From Eledone cirrhosa (lineage: Eukaryota): a stretch of DNA of 64,000 nucleotides. Positions 1 to 12,925 of the stretch are shown here, piece by piece. The notes below the pieces were generated by a model. It searched no databases, was not told the DNA's origin, and saw only the letters and a program-made list of their open reading frames with translations. The position numbers and the translations under genes are program-made. Within the stretch, counting starts at the first letter, position 1. The number at the start of each line of letters is the position of its first letter. The stretch spans positions 248,001 through 312,000 of the forward strand of contig CAXHJY010000096.1 in NCBI GenBank assembly GCA_964016885.1. Reading direction: 5' to 3'.

Positions 1-1950
1 ACAAAATCAGGGGGAGATAATTTGTAAAAAAAAATCAGGGGGAGATAATTTGTAAAAAAAATTAGGCGTAGATAATTTGTAAAAAAAAATCAGGGGGAGA
101 TAATTTGTAAAAAAAAATCAGAGGGAGATAATTTGTTTAAAAAATCAAGGGGAGATAATTTGCAGCCGTCCAAGGGGAGATAATTTTCAGCCGTCCAAGG
201 AGAGGTAATTTCTAGCCGTTCAAGGGGAGATAATTTCCAGCCGTCCAAGGGGAGATAATTTCCAGCCGTCCAAGGGGAGATAATTTTTTTTTAAAAATCA
301 GGCGGAGATAATTTGTAAAAAAAAATCAGGGGGAGATAATTCGTAAAAAAAAATCAGGGGGAGATAATTTGTAAAAAAAATCAAGGAGAGATAATTTCCA
401 GCCGTCCAAGGGGAGATAATTTCCAGCCGTCCAAGGAGACATATTTTCCAGCCGTCCAAGGCGAGGTAATTTCTAGCCGTCCAAGGGGAGATAAATTCCA
501 GCCTCCAAGGGGAGATAATTTCCAGCCAGCCAAGTGGAGATAATTTGTAAAAAAATCAGGGGGAGATAATTTGTAAAAAATATCAGGGAGATAATTTGTA
601 AAAAAAAATCAGGGGGAGATAATTTGTAAAAAAAATCAGGGGGAGATAATTTGTAAAAAAAAATCAGGGGGAGATAATTTGTAAAAAAAATCAAGGGGTG
701 ATAATTTCCAGCCGTCCAAGGGGAGGTAATATCTAGCCGTCCAAGGGGAGATAATTTCCAGCCGTCCAAGGGGAGATAATTTCCAGCCGTCCAAGGGTAG
801 ATAATATCCAGCCGTCCAAGGACATATTTTCCAGCCGTCCAAGGAGAGGTAATTTCTAGCCGTCCAAGGGGAGATAAATTCCAGCCTCCAAGGGGAGATA
901 ATTTGCAGCCAGCCAAGGGGAGATAATTTGTAAAAAAATTAGGGGGAGATAATTTGTAAAAAAAATCAGGGGGAGATAATTTGTAAAAAAAAATCAGGGG
1001 GAGATAATTTGTAAAAAAAAATCAGGGGGAGATAATTTGTAAAAAAAATCAGGGGGAGATAATTTGTAAAAAAAATCAAGGGGAGATAATTTCCAGCCGT
1101 CCAAGGGGAGATAATTTTCAGCCGTCCAAGAGGAGATAATTTCCCGCCAGCCAAGGGAAGATAATTTTTAAAAAAATCAGGCGGAGATTGTAAAAAAAAT
1201 CAGGGGGGAGATAATTTGTAAAAAAATCAGGGGGAGATAATTTGTAAAAAAAAATCAGGGGGAGATAATTTGTAAAAAAAAATCAGGGGGAGATAATTTG
1301 TAAAAAAAAATCAGGGGGAGATAATTTGTAAAAGAAATCAAGGGGAGATAATTTCCAGCCGTCCAAGGAGAGGTAATTTCTAGCCGTTCAAGGGGAGATA
1401 ATTTCCAGCCGTCCAAGGGGAGATAATTTTCTGCCGTCCAAGGAGAGGTAATTTCTAGCCGTCCGAGGAGAGATAATTTCCAGCCGTCCAAGGGGAGATA
1501 ATTTCCAGCCGTCCAAGGGGAGATAATTTCCAGCCGTCCAAGGAGACATATTTTCCAGCCGTCCAAGGAGAGGTAATTTCTAGCCGTCCAAGGGGAGATA
1601 AATTCCAGCCTCCAAGGGGAGATAATTTCCAGCCAGCCAAGGGGAGATAATTTGTAAAAAAATCAGGGGGAGATAATTTGCAAAAAAAATCAGGGGGAGA
1701 TAATTTGTAAAAAAAAATCAGGGGGAGATAATTTGTAAAAAATAATCAGGGGGAGATAATTTCCAGCCGTCCAAGGGGAGATCATTTTCAGCCGTCCAAG
1801 GGGAGATAATTTCCCGCCAGCCAAGGGAAGATAATATTTAAAAAAATTAGGCGGAGATAATTTGTAAAAAGAATCAGGGGGAGATAATTTGTAAAAAAAA
1901 TCAGGGGGAGATAATTTGTAAAAAAAAATCAGGGGTAGATAATTTGTAAA
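1..1950 (+). repeat. Higher-order block, copy 1 of a pair at offset 6,118 bp (left end truncated by window)
   Basis: Identical ORF-track translations at 473/6591, 636/6754, 966/7084, 1255/7373, 1455/7573; shared private variants CAAGTGGAG, GGGGTGATA, CCGAGGAGAG, GAGATCATTTT. Confidence 0.92.
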
Positions 1951-2812
1951 AAAAATCAGGGGGAGATAATTTGTAAAAAAAATCATGGGGAGATAATTTG
2001 TAAAAAAAAATCAGGGGTAGATAATTTGTAAAAAAAATCAAGGGGAGATAATTTCCAGCCGTCCAAGGAGAGATAATTTAAAAAAAAATCAGGCGGAGAT
2101 AATTTGTGAAAAAAAATCAGGGGGAGATAATTTGTAAAAAATAATCAGGGGGAGATAATTTCCATTCGTCCAAGGGGAGATAATTTTCAGCCGTCCAAGG
2201 GGAGATAATTTCCCGCCAGCCAAGGGAAGATAATATTTAAAAAAATTAGGCGGAGATAATTTGTAAAAAAAATCAGGGGGAGATAATTTGTAAAAAAAAT
2301 CAGGGGGAGATAATTTGTAAAAAAAAATCAGGGGTAGATAATTTGTAAAAAAAAATCAGGGGGAGATAATTTGTAAAAAAAAATCAGGGGGAGATAATTT
2401 GTAAAAAAAATCAAGGGGAGATAATTTCCAGCCGTCCAAGGAGAGATCATTTTAAAAAAAATCAGGGGGAGATAATTTGTAAAAAAAATCAAGGGCAGAT
2501 AATTTCCAGCCGTCCAAGGGGAGATAATTTTCAGCCGTCCAAGGGGAGATAATTTCCCGCCAGCCAAGGGAAGATAATATTTAAAAAAATCAGGCGGAGA
2601 TAATTTATAAAAAAAATCAGGGGGAGATAATTTGTAAAAAAATCAGGGGGAGATAATTTGTAAAAAAAAAATCAGGGGGAGATAATTTGTAAAAAAAATC
2701 AGGGGGAGATAATTTGTAAAAAAAAATCAGGGGTAGATAATTTGTAAAAAAAAATCAGGGGGAGATAATTTGTAAAAAAAAATCAGGGGGAGATAATTTG
2801 TAAAAAAAATGA

Positions 2813-3190
2813 AAGGGGAGATAATATCCAGCCGTCCAAGGGGAGATAATTTCCAGCCGTCCAAGGGGAGATAATTTCCAGCCGTCCAAGGGGAGATAAT
2901 TTCCATCCTTCCAAGGGGATATAATTTCCAGCCGTCCAAGGGGAGATAATTTCCATCCTTCCAAGGGGATATAATTTCCAGCCGTCCAAGGGGAGATAAT
3001 TTTCAGCCGTCCAAGGAGAGGTAATTTCTAGCCGTCCAAGGAGAGATAATTTCCAGCCGTCCAAGGGGAGATAATTTCCAGCCGTCCAAGGGGAGATAAT
3101 TTCCAGCCGTCCAAGGAGACATATTTTCCAGCCGTCCAAGGAGAGGTAATTCCTAGCCGTCCAAGGGGAGATAAATTCCAGCCTCCAAGG
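2813..3190 (+). repeat. Longest monomer-B run seen (~15 x 25 bp), containing a 50 bp B-dimer tandem duplication at 2901-3000
   Basis: No GT(A)n monomer in this interval; TTCCATCCTTCCAAGGGGATATAATTTCCAGCCGTCCAAGGGGAGATAAT occurs twice in tandem. Confidence 0.9.
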
Positions 3191-6118
3191 GGAGATAATT
3201 TGTAAAAAAAATCAGGGGGAGATAATTTGTAAAAAAAATCAGGGGGAGATAATTTGTAAAAAAAAATCAGGGGGAGATAATTTGTAAAAAATAATCAGGG
3301 GGAGATAATTTGTAAAAAAAATCAAGGGGAGATAATTTCCAGCCGTCCAAGGGGAGATAATTTTCAGCCGTCCAAGGGGAGATAATTTCCCGCCAGGCAA
3401 GGGAAGATAATATTTAAAAAAATTAGGCGGAGATAATTTGTAAAAAAAATCAGGGGGAGATAATTTGTAAAAAAATCAGGGGGAGATAATTTGTAAAAAA
3501 AATCAGGGGGAGATAATTTGTAAAAAAAATCAGGGGGGAGATAATTTGTAAAAAAAAATCAGGGGTAGATAATTTGTAAAAAAAAATCAGGGGGAGATAA
3601 TTTGTAAAAAAAATCAAGGGGAGATAATTTCCAGCCGTCGAAGGGAAGATAATTTCCAGCCCTCCAAGGGGCTATAATTTCCAGCGTCCAAGGGGAGATA
3701 ATTTCCAGCCAGCGAAGGGGAGATAATTTTTTTTAAAAAATCATTGGGAGATTTGTAAAAAAATCAGGGGGAGATAATTTGTAAAAAAAATCAAGGAGAG
3801 ATAATTTCCAGCCGTCCAAGGGGAGATAATTTTCAGCCGTCCAAGGGGAGATAATTTCCCGCCAGCCAAGGGAAGATAATATTTAAAAAAATCAGGCGGA
3901 GATAATTTATAAAAAAAATCAGGGGGAGATAATTTGTAAAAAAAATCAGGGGGAGATAATTTGTAAAAAAAAAATCAGGGGGAGATAATTTGTAAAAAAA
4001 ATCAGGGGGAGATAATTTGTAAAAAAAAATCAGGGGTAGATAATTTGTAAAAAAAAATCAGGGGGAGATAATTTGTAAAAAAAATCAGGGGGAGATAATT
4101 TGTAAAAAAAAATCAGGGGTAGATAATTTGTAAAAAAAAATCAGGGGGAGATAATTTGTAAAAAAAATCAAGGGGAGATAATTTCCAGCCGTCCAAGGGA
4201 AGATAATTTCCAGCCCTCCAAGGGGCTATAATTTCCAGCGTCCAAGGGGAGATAATTTCCAGCCAGCGAAGGGGAGATAATTTTTTTTAAAATATCATTG
4301 GGAGATTTGTAAAAAAAATCAGGGGGAGATAATTTGTAAAAAAAATCAAGGGGAGATAATTTCCAGCCGTCCAAGGGGAGGTAATATCTAGCCGTCCAAG
4401 GGGAGATAATTTCCAGCCGTCCAAGGGGAGATAATTTCCAGCCGTCCAAGGGTAGATAATATCCAGCCGTCCAAGGACATATTTTCCAGCCGTCCAAGGA
4501 GAGGTAATTTCTAGCCGTCCAAGGGGAGATAAATTCCAGCCTCCAAGGGGAGATAATTTCCAGCCAGCCAAGGGGAGATAATTTGTAAAAAAATCAGGGG
4601 GAGATAATTTGTAAAAAAAATCAGGGGGAGATAATTTGTAAAAAAAAATCAGGGGGAGATAATTTGTTAAAAAAAATCAGGGGGAGATAATTTGTAAAAA
4701 AAAATCAGGGGGAGATAATTTGTAAAAAAAATCAAGGGGAGATAATTTCCAGCCGTCCAAGGGGAGATAATTTTCAGCCGTCCAAGGGGAGATAATTTCC
4801 CGCCAGCCAAGGGAAGATAATATTTAAAAAAATCAGGCGGAGATAATTTGTAAAAAAAATCAGGGGGAGATAATTTGTAAAAAATTCAGGGGGAGATAAT
4901 TTGTAAAAAAAAAATCAGGGGGAGATAATTTGTAAAAAAAATCAGGGGGAGATAATTTGTAAAAAAAATCAGGGGTAGATAATTTGTAAAAAAAATCAGG
5001 GGGAGATAATTTGTAAAAAAAATGAAAGGGGAGATAATATCCAGCCGTCCAAGGGGAGATAATTTCCAGCCGTCCAAGGGGAGATAATTTCCAGCCGTCC
5101 AAGGGGAGATAATTTCCATCCTTCCAAGGGGATATAATTTCCAGCCGTCCAAGGGGAGATAATTTCCCGCCAGCCAAGGGAAGATAATTTTTTAAAAAAT
5201 CAGGCGGAGATTGTAAAAAAATCAGGGGGGAGATAATTTGTAAAAAAATCAGGGGGAGATAATTTGTAAAAAAAAATCAGGGGGAGATAATTTGTAAAAA
5301 ATAATCAGGGGGAGATAATTTGTAAAAAAAAATCAAGGGGAGATAATTTCCAGCCGTCCAAGGGGAGATAATTTCCATCCTTCCAAGGGGATATAATTTC
5401 CAGCCGTCCAAGGGGAGATAATTTCCCGCCAGCCAAGGGAAGATGATTTTTAAAAAAATCAGGCGGAGATTATAAAAAAAATCAGGGGGGGAGATAATTT
5501 GTAAAAAAATCAGGGGGAGATAATTTGTAAAAAAAAAATCAGGGGGAGATAATTTGTAAAAAAAAATCAGGGGGAGATAATTTGTAAAAAAAAATCAGGG
5601 GGAGATAATTTGTAAAAAAAATTAGGCGTAGATAATTTGTAAAAAAAAATCAGGGGGAGATAATTTGTAAAAAAAAATCAGGGGGAGATAATTTGTTTAA
5701 AAAATCAAGGGGAGATAATTTGCAGCCGTCCAAGGGGAGATAGTTTTCAGCCGTCCAAGGAGAGGTAATTTCTAGCCGTTCAAGGGGAGATAATTTCCAG
5801 CCGTCCAAGGGGAAATAATTTCCAGCCGTCCAAGGGGAGATAATTTTTTTTAAAAAATCAGGCGGAGATAATTTGTAAAAAAAATCAGGGGGAGATAATT
5901 CGTAAAAAAAAAACAGGGGGAGATAATTTGTAAAAAAAAATCAGGGGGAGATAATTTGTAAAAAAAATCAAGGGGAGATAATTTCCAGCCGTCCAAGGGG
6001 AGGTAATATCTAGCCGTCCAAGGGGAGATAATTTCCAGCCGTCCAAGGGGAGATAATTTTTTTTAAAAAATCAGGCGGAGATAATTTGTAAAAAAAATCA
6101 GGGGGAGATAATTTGTAA

Positions 6119-8070
6119 ACAAAATCAGGGGGAGATAATTTGTAAAAAAAAATCAGGGGGAGATAATTTGTAAAAAAAATTAGGCGTAGATAATTTGTAA
6201 AAAAAAATCAGGGGGAGATAATTTGTAAAAAAAAATCAGAGGGAGATAATTTGTTTAAAAAATCAAGGGGAGATAATTTGCAGCCGTCCAAGGGGAGATA
6301 ATTTTCAGCCGTCCAAGGAGAGGTAATTTCTAGCCGTTCAAGGGGAGATAATTTCCAGCCGTCCAAGGGGAGATAATTTCCAGCCGTCCAAGGGGAGATA
6401 ATTTTTTTTTAAAAATCAGGCGGAGATAATTTGTAAAAAAAAATCAGGGGGAGATAATTCGTAAAAAAAAATCAGGGGGAGATAATTTGTAAAAAAAATC
6501 AAGGAGAGATAATTTCCAGCCGTCCAAGGGGAGATAATTTCCAGCCGTCCAAGGAGACATATTTTCCAGCCGTCCAAGGCGAGGTAATTTCTAGCCGTCC
6601 AAGGGGAGATAAATTCCAGCCTCCAAGGGGAGATAATTTCCAGCCAGCCAAGTGGAGATAATTTGTAAAAAAATCAGGGGGAGATAATTTGTAAAAAATA
6701 TCAGGGAGATAATTTGTAAAAAAAAATCAGGGGGAGATAATTTGTAAAAAAAATCAGGGGGAGATAATTTGTAAAAAAAAATCAGGGGGAGATAATTTGT
6801 AAAAAAAATCAAGGGGTGATAATTTCCAGCCGTCCAAGGGGAGGTAATATCTAGCCGTCCAAGGGGAGATAATTTCCAGCCGTCCAAGGGGAGATAATTT
6901 CCAGCCGTCCAAGGGTAGATAATATCCAGCCGTCCAAGGACATATTTTCCAGCCGTCCAAGGAGAGGTAATTTCTAGCCGTCCAAGGGGAGATAAATTCC
7001 AGCCTCCAAGGGGAGATAATTTGCAGCCAGCCAAGGGGAGATAATTTGTAAAAAAATTAGGGGGAGATAATTTGTAAAAAAAATCAGGGGGAGATAATTT
7101 GTAAAAAAAAATCAGGGGGAGATAATTTGTAAAAAAAAATCAGGGGGAGATAATTTGTAAAAAAAATCAGGGGGAGATAATTTGTAAAAAAAATCAAGGG
7201 GAGATAATTTCCAGCCGTCCAAGGGGAGATAATTTTCAGCCGTCCAAGAGGAGATAATTTCCCGCCAGCCAAGGGAAGATAATTTTTAAAAAAATCAGGC
7301 GGAGATTGTAAAAAAAATCAGGGGGGAGATAATTTGTAAAAAAATCAGGGGGAGATAATTTGTAAAAAAAAATCAGGGGGAGATAATTTGTAAAAAAAAA
7401 TCAGGGGGAGATAATTTGTAAAAAAAAATCAGGGGGAGATAATTTGTAAAAGAAATCAAGGGGAGATAATTTCCAGCCGTCCAAGGAGAGGTAATTTCTA
7501 GCCGTTCAAGGGGAGATAATTTCCAGCCGTCCAAGGGGAGATAATTTTCTGCCGTCCAAGGAGAGGTAATTTCTAGCCGTCCGAGGAGAGATAATTTCCA
7601 GCCGTCCAAGGGGAGATAATTTCCAGCCGTCCAAGGGGAGATAATTTCCAGCCGTCCAAGGAGACATATTTTCCAGCCGTCCAAGGAGAGGTAATTTCTA
7701 GCCGTCCAAGGGGAGATAAATTCCAGCCTCCAAGGGGAGATAATTTCCAGCCAGCCAAGGGGAGATAATTTGTAAAAAAATCAGGGGGAGATAATTTGCA
7801 AAAAAAATCAGGGGGAGATAATTTGTAAAAAAAAATCAGGGGGAGATAATTTGTAAAAAATAATCAGGGGGAGATAATTTCCAGCCGTCCAAGGGGAGAT
7901 CATTTTCAGCCGTCCAAGGGGAGATAATTTCCCGCCAGCCAAGGGAAGATAATATTTAAAAAAATTAGGCGGAGATAATTTGTAAAAAGAATCAGGGGGA
8001 GATAATTTGTAAAAAAAATCAGGGGGAGATAATTTGTAAAAAAAAATCAGGGGTAGATAATTTGTAAAAA
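6119..8070 (+). repeat. Higher-order block, copy 2 (offset 6,118 bp from 1-1950)
   Basis: Begins ACAAAATCAGGGGGAG like position 1 and carries the same private variants in the same order. Confidence 0.92.
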
Positions 8071-9909
8071 AAAATCAGGGGGAGATAATTTGTAAAAAAA
8101 AATCAGGGGGAGATAATTTGTAAAAAAAATCAAGGGGAGATAATTTCCAGCCGTCCAATGGGAGATAATTTTCAGCCGTCCAAGGGGAGATAATTTCCCG
8201 CCAGCCAAGGGAGGATAATATTTAAAAAAATCAGGCGGAGATAATTTGTAAAAAAAATCAGGGGGAGATAATTTGTAAAAAAAATCAGGGGGAGATAATT
8301 TGTAAAAAAAAAATCAGGGGGAGATAATTTGTAAAAAAAATCAGGGGGAGATAATTTGTTAAAAAAAATCAGGGGTAGATAATTTGTAAAAAAAATCAGG
8401 GGGAGATAATTTGTAAAAAAAAATCAGGGGGAGATAATTTGTAAAAAAAATGAAAGGGGAGATAATTTCCAGCCGTCCAAGGGGAGATAATTTCCCGCCA
8501 GCCAAGGGAAGTTAATATTTAAAAAAATTAGGCGGAGATAATTTGTAAAAAAAATCAGGGGGAGATAATTTGTAAAAAAATCAGGGGGAGATAATTTGTA
8601 AAAAAAATCAGGGGATGATAATTTGTAAAAAAAATCATGGGGAGATAATTTGTAAAAAAAAATCAAGCGGAGATAATTTGCAGCCGTCCAAGGGGAGATA
8701 ATTTCCCGCCAGCCAAGGAGAGATAATATTTAAAAAAATCAGGCGGAGATAATTTGTAAAAAAAATCAGGGGGAGATAATTTGTAAAAAAAATCAGGGGG
8801 AGATAATTTCCAGCCGTCCAAGGGGAGATAATTTTCAGCCGTCCAAGGAGAGGTAATTTCTAGCCGTCCAAGGGGAGATAATTTCCAGCCGTCCAAGGGA
8901 AGATAATTTCCAGCCCTCCAAGGGGCTATAATTTCCAGCGTCCAAGGGGAGATAATTTCCAGCCAGCGAAGGGGAGATAATTTTTTTTTTAAAAATCAGG
9001 GGGAGATAATTTGTAAAAAAAATCAGGGGGAGATAATTTGTAAAAAAAAATCAGGGGGAGATAATTTGTAAAAAAAAATCAGGGGGAGATAATTTGTAAA
9101 AAAAATCAAGGGGAGATAATTTCCAGCCGTGCAAGGGGAGATAATTTCCAGCCGTCCAAGGGGAGATAATTTACATCCTTCCAAGGGGAGATAATTTCCA
9201 GCCGTCCAAGGGGAGATAATTTCCCGCCAGCCAAGGGAAGATAATTTTTAAAAAAATCAGGGGGAGATAATTTGTAAAAAAAAAATCAGGGGGAGATAAT
9301 TTGTAAAAAAAATCAGGGGGAGATAATTTGTAAAAAAAATCAGGGGGAGATAATTTGTAAAAAAATCAGGGGGAGATAATTTGTAAAAAAAAATCAGGGG
9401 GAGATAATTTGTAAAAAAAAATCAAGGGGAGATAATTTGTAAAAAAAAATCAGGGGGAGATAATTTGTAAAAAAAAATCAGGGGGAGATAATTTGTAAAA
9501 AAAATCAAGGGGAGATAATTTGCAGCCGTCGAAGGGGAGATAATTTTCAGCCGTCCAAGGGAAGATAATTTCCAGCCCTCCAAGGGGCTATAATTTCCAG
9601 CGTCCAAGGGGAGATAATTTCCAGCCAGCGAAGGGGAGATAATTTTTTTTTATAAAATCAGGGGGAGATAATTTGTAAAAAAAATCAGGGGGAGATAATT
9701 TGTAAAAAAAAATCAGGGGGAGATAATTTGTAAAAAGAAATCAGGGGGAGATAATTTGTAAAAAAAATCAAGGGGAGATAATTTCCAGCCGTGCAAGGGG
9801 AGATAATTTCCAGACGTCCAAGGGGAGATAATTTACATCCTTCCAAGGGGAGATAATTTCCAGCCGTCCAAGGGGAGATAATTTCCCGCCAGCCAAGGGA
9901 AGATAATTT

Positions 9910-10365
9910 TTAAAAAAATCAGGGGGAGATAATTTGTAAAAAAAAAATCAGGGGGAGATAATTTGTAAAAAAAAATCAAGGGGAGATAATTTGTAAAAAA
10001 AATCAGGGGGAGATAATTTGTAAAAAAAATCAGGGGGAGATAATTTGTAAAAAAATCAGGGGGAGATAATTTGTAAAAAAAAAATCAGGGGGAGATAATT
10101 TGTAAAAAAAAATCAAGGGGAGATAATTTGTAAAAAAAAATCAGGGGGAGATAATTTGTAAAAAAAATCAGGGGGAGATAATTTGTAAAAAAAATCAGGG
10201 GGAGATAATTTGTAAAAAAAAATCAGGGGGAGATAATTTGTAAAAAAAAATCAGGGGGAGATAATTTGTAAAAAAAATCAGGGGGAGATAATTTGTAAAA
10301 AAAATCAGGGGGAGATAATTTGTAAAAAAAAATCAGGGGGAGATAATTTGTAAAAAAAATCAAGG
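9910..10365 (+). repeat. Long pure monomer-A run (~17 monomers); homologous runs at ~29,375-29,830 and ~39,545-39,995
   Basis: Only TCA(G/A)GGGGAGATAATTTGT(A)n units across the interval. Confidence 0.88.
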
Positions 10366-12342
10366 GGAGATAATTTGCAGCCGTCCAAGGGGAGATAATT
10401 TTCAGCCGTCCAAGGAGAGATAATTTCTAGCCGTCCAAGGGGAGATAATTTCCAGCCGTCCAAGGGGAGATAATTTCCAGCCGTCCATGGGGAGATAATT
10501 TTTTTTAAAAATCAAGCGGAGATAATTTGTAAAAAAAAAATCAGGGGGAGATAATTTGTAAAAAAAATCAAGGGGAGATAATTTCCAGCCGTCCAAGGGA
10601 AGATAATTTCCAGCCGTCCAAGGGGAGATAATTTCCAGCCGTCCAAGGGGAGATAATTTTTTTTTAAAAATCAGGCGGAGATAATTTGTAAAAAAAAAAT
10701 CAGGGGGAGATAATTTGTAAAAAAAAATCAGGGGGAGATAATTTGTAAAAAAAAATCAGGGGGAGATAATTTGTAAAAAAAATCAAGGGGAGATAATTTC
10801 CAGCCGTCCAAGGGAAGATAATTTCCAGCCCTCCAAGGGGCTATAATTTCCAGCGTCCAAGGGGAGATAATTTCCAGCCAGCGAAGGGGAGATAATTTTT
10901 TTTTAAAAAATCATGCGGGGATAATTTGTAAAAAAAATCAGGGGGAGATAATTTGTAAAAAAAATCAAGGGGAGATAATTTCCAGCCGTCCAAAGAGAGA
11001 TAATTTCTAGCCGTCCAAGGGGAGATAATTTCTAGCCGTCCAAGGGGAGATAATTTCCCGCCAGCCAAGGGAAGATAATTTTTTAAAAAATCAGGCGGAG
11101 ATTGTAAAAAAAATCAGGGGGAGATAATTTGTAAAAAAATCAGGGGGAGATAATTTGTAAAAAAAAAATCAGGGGGAGATAATTTGTAAAAAAAAATCAG
11201 AGGGAGATAATTTGTAAAAAAAAATCAGGGGGAGATAATTTGTAAAAAAAATCAGGGGTAGATAATTTGTAAAAAAATCAGGGGGAGATAATTTGTAAAA
11301 AAAAATCAGGGGGAGATAATTTGTAAAAAAAATCAAGGGGAGATAATTTCCAGCCGTCCAAGGGAAGATAATTTCCAGCCGTCCAAGGGAAGATAATTTC
11401 CAGCCCTCCAAGGGGCTATAATTTCCAGCGTCCAAGGGGAGATAATTTCCAGCCAGCGAAGGGGAGATAATTTTTTTTTTAAAAATCAGGGGTAGATAAT
11501 TTGTAAAAAAAATCAGGGGGAGATAATTTGTAAAAAAAAATCAGGGGGAGATAATTTGTAAAAAAAAATCAGGGGGAGATAATTTGTAAAAAAAATCAAG
11601 GGGAGATAATTTCCAGCCGTGCAAGGGGAGATAATTTCCAGCCGTCCAAGGGGAGATAATTTACATCCTTCCAAGGGGAGATAATTTCCAGCCGTCCAAG
11701 GGGAGATAATTTCCCGCCAGCCAAGGGAAGATAATTTTTAAAAAAATCAGGGGGAGATAATTTGTAAAAAAAAAATCAGGGGGAGATAATTTGTAAAAAA
11801 AAATCAAGGGGAGATAATTTGTAAAAAAAATCAGGGGGAGATAATTTGTAAAAAAAATCAGGGGGAGATAATTTGTAAAAAAATCAGGGGGAGATAATTT
11901 GTAAAAAAAAAATCAGGGGGAGATAATTTGTAAAAAAAAATCAAGGGGAGATAATTTGTAAAAAAAAATCAGGGGGAGATAATTTGTAAAAAAAATCAGG
12001 GGGAGATAATTTGTAAAAAAAATCAGGGGGAGATAATTTGTAAAAAAAAATCAGGGGGAGATAATTTGTAAAAAAAAATCAGGGGGAGATAATTTGTAAA
12101 AAAAATCAGGGGGAGATAATTTGTAAAAAAAATCAGGGGGAGATAATTTGTAAAAAAAATCAAGGGGAGATAATTTGCAGCCGTCCAAGGGGAGATAATT
12201 TTCAGCCGTCCAAGGAGAGGTAATTTCTAGCCGTCCAAGGGGAGATAATTTCCAGCCGTCCAAGGGGAGATAATTTCCAGCCGTCCAAGGGGAGATAATT
12301 TTTTTTTAAAAATCAGGCGGAGATAATTTGTAAAAAAAAAAA

Positions 12343-12925
12343 TCAGGGGGAGATAATTTGTAAAAAAAAATCAGGGGGAGATAATTTGTAAAAAAAAATC
12401 AGGGGGAGATAATTTGTAAAAAAAATCAAGGGGAGATAATTTCCAGCCGTCCAAGGGAAGATAATTTCCAGCCGTCCAAGGGAAGATAATTTCCAGCCCT
12501 CCAAGGGGCTATAATTTCCAGCGTCCAAGGGGAGATAATTTCCAGCCAGCGAAGGGGAGATAATTTTTTTTTTAAAAATCAGGGGGAGATAATTTGTAAA
12601 AAAAATCAGGGGGAGATAATTTGTAAAAAAAAATCAGGGGGAGATAATTTGTAAAAAAAAATCAGGGGGAGATAATTTGTAAAAAAAAATCAGGGGGAGA
12701 TAATTTGTAAAAAAAATCAAGGGGAGATAATTTCCAGCCGTCCAAGGGAAGATAATTTCCAGCCGTCCAAGGGAAGATAATTTCCAGCCCTCCAAGGGGC
12801 TATAATTTCCAGCGTCCAAGGGGAGATAATTTCCAGCCAGCGAAGGGGAGATAATTTTTTTTTTAAAAATCAGGGGGAGATAATTTGTAAAAAAAATCAG
12901 GGGGAGATAATTTGTAAAAAAAAAT
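12343..12925 (+). repeat. 291 bp tandem higher-order duplication (also at ~41,975-42,560)
   Basis: Identical ORF-track translations at 12343 and 12634, and at 41975 and 42266; the GGGGCTATAA/CCAGCGAAG cassette is repeated directly. Confidence 0.88.

Noticed and set aside
61-70. Fungal RIP signature suggested by CpA->TpA variants (ATTAGG, TTCTAG, GTCTAAG)
   Set aside because: These are a few fixed, propagated variants; the great majority of CpA/TpG dinucleotides are intact.
224-238. NF-kB/Rel-like site in GGGGAGATAATTTCC
   Set aside because: Spacing between GGG and TTCC half-sites is longer than the 10-11 bp GGGRNNYYCC consensus.
281-300. Intrinsic terminator or hairpin at T-run/A-run junctions; AGGGGGAG/GGAGG as Shine-Dalgarno
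   Set aside because: No GC-rich stem, no associated gene or start codon; these motifs are parts of the monomers.
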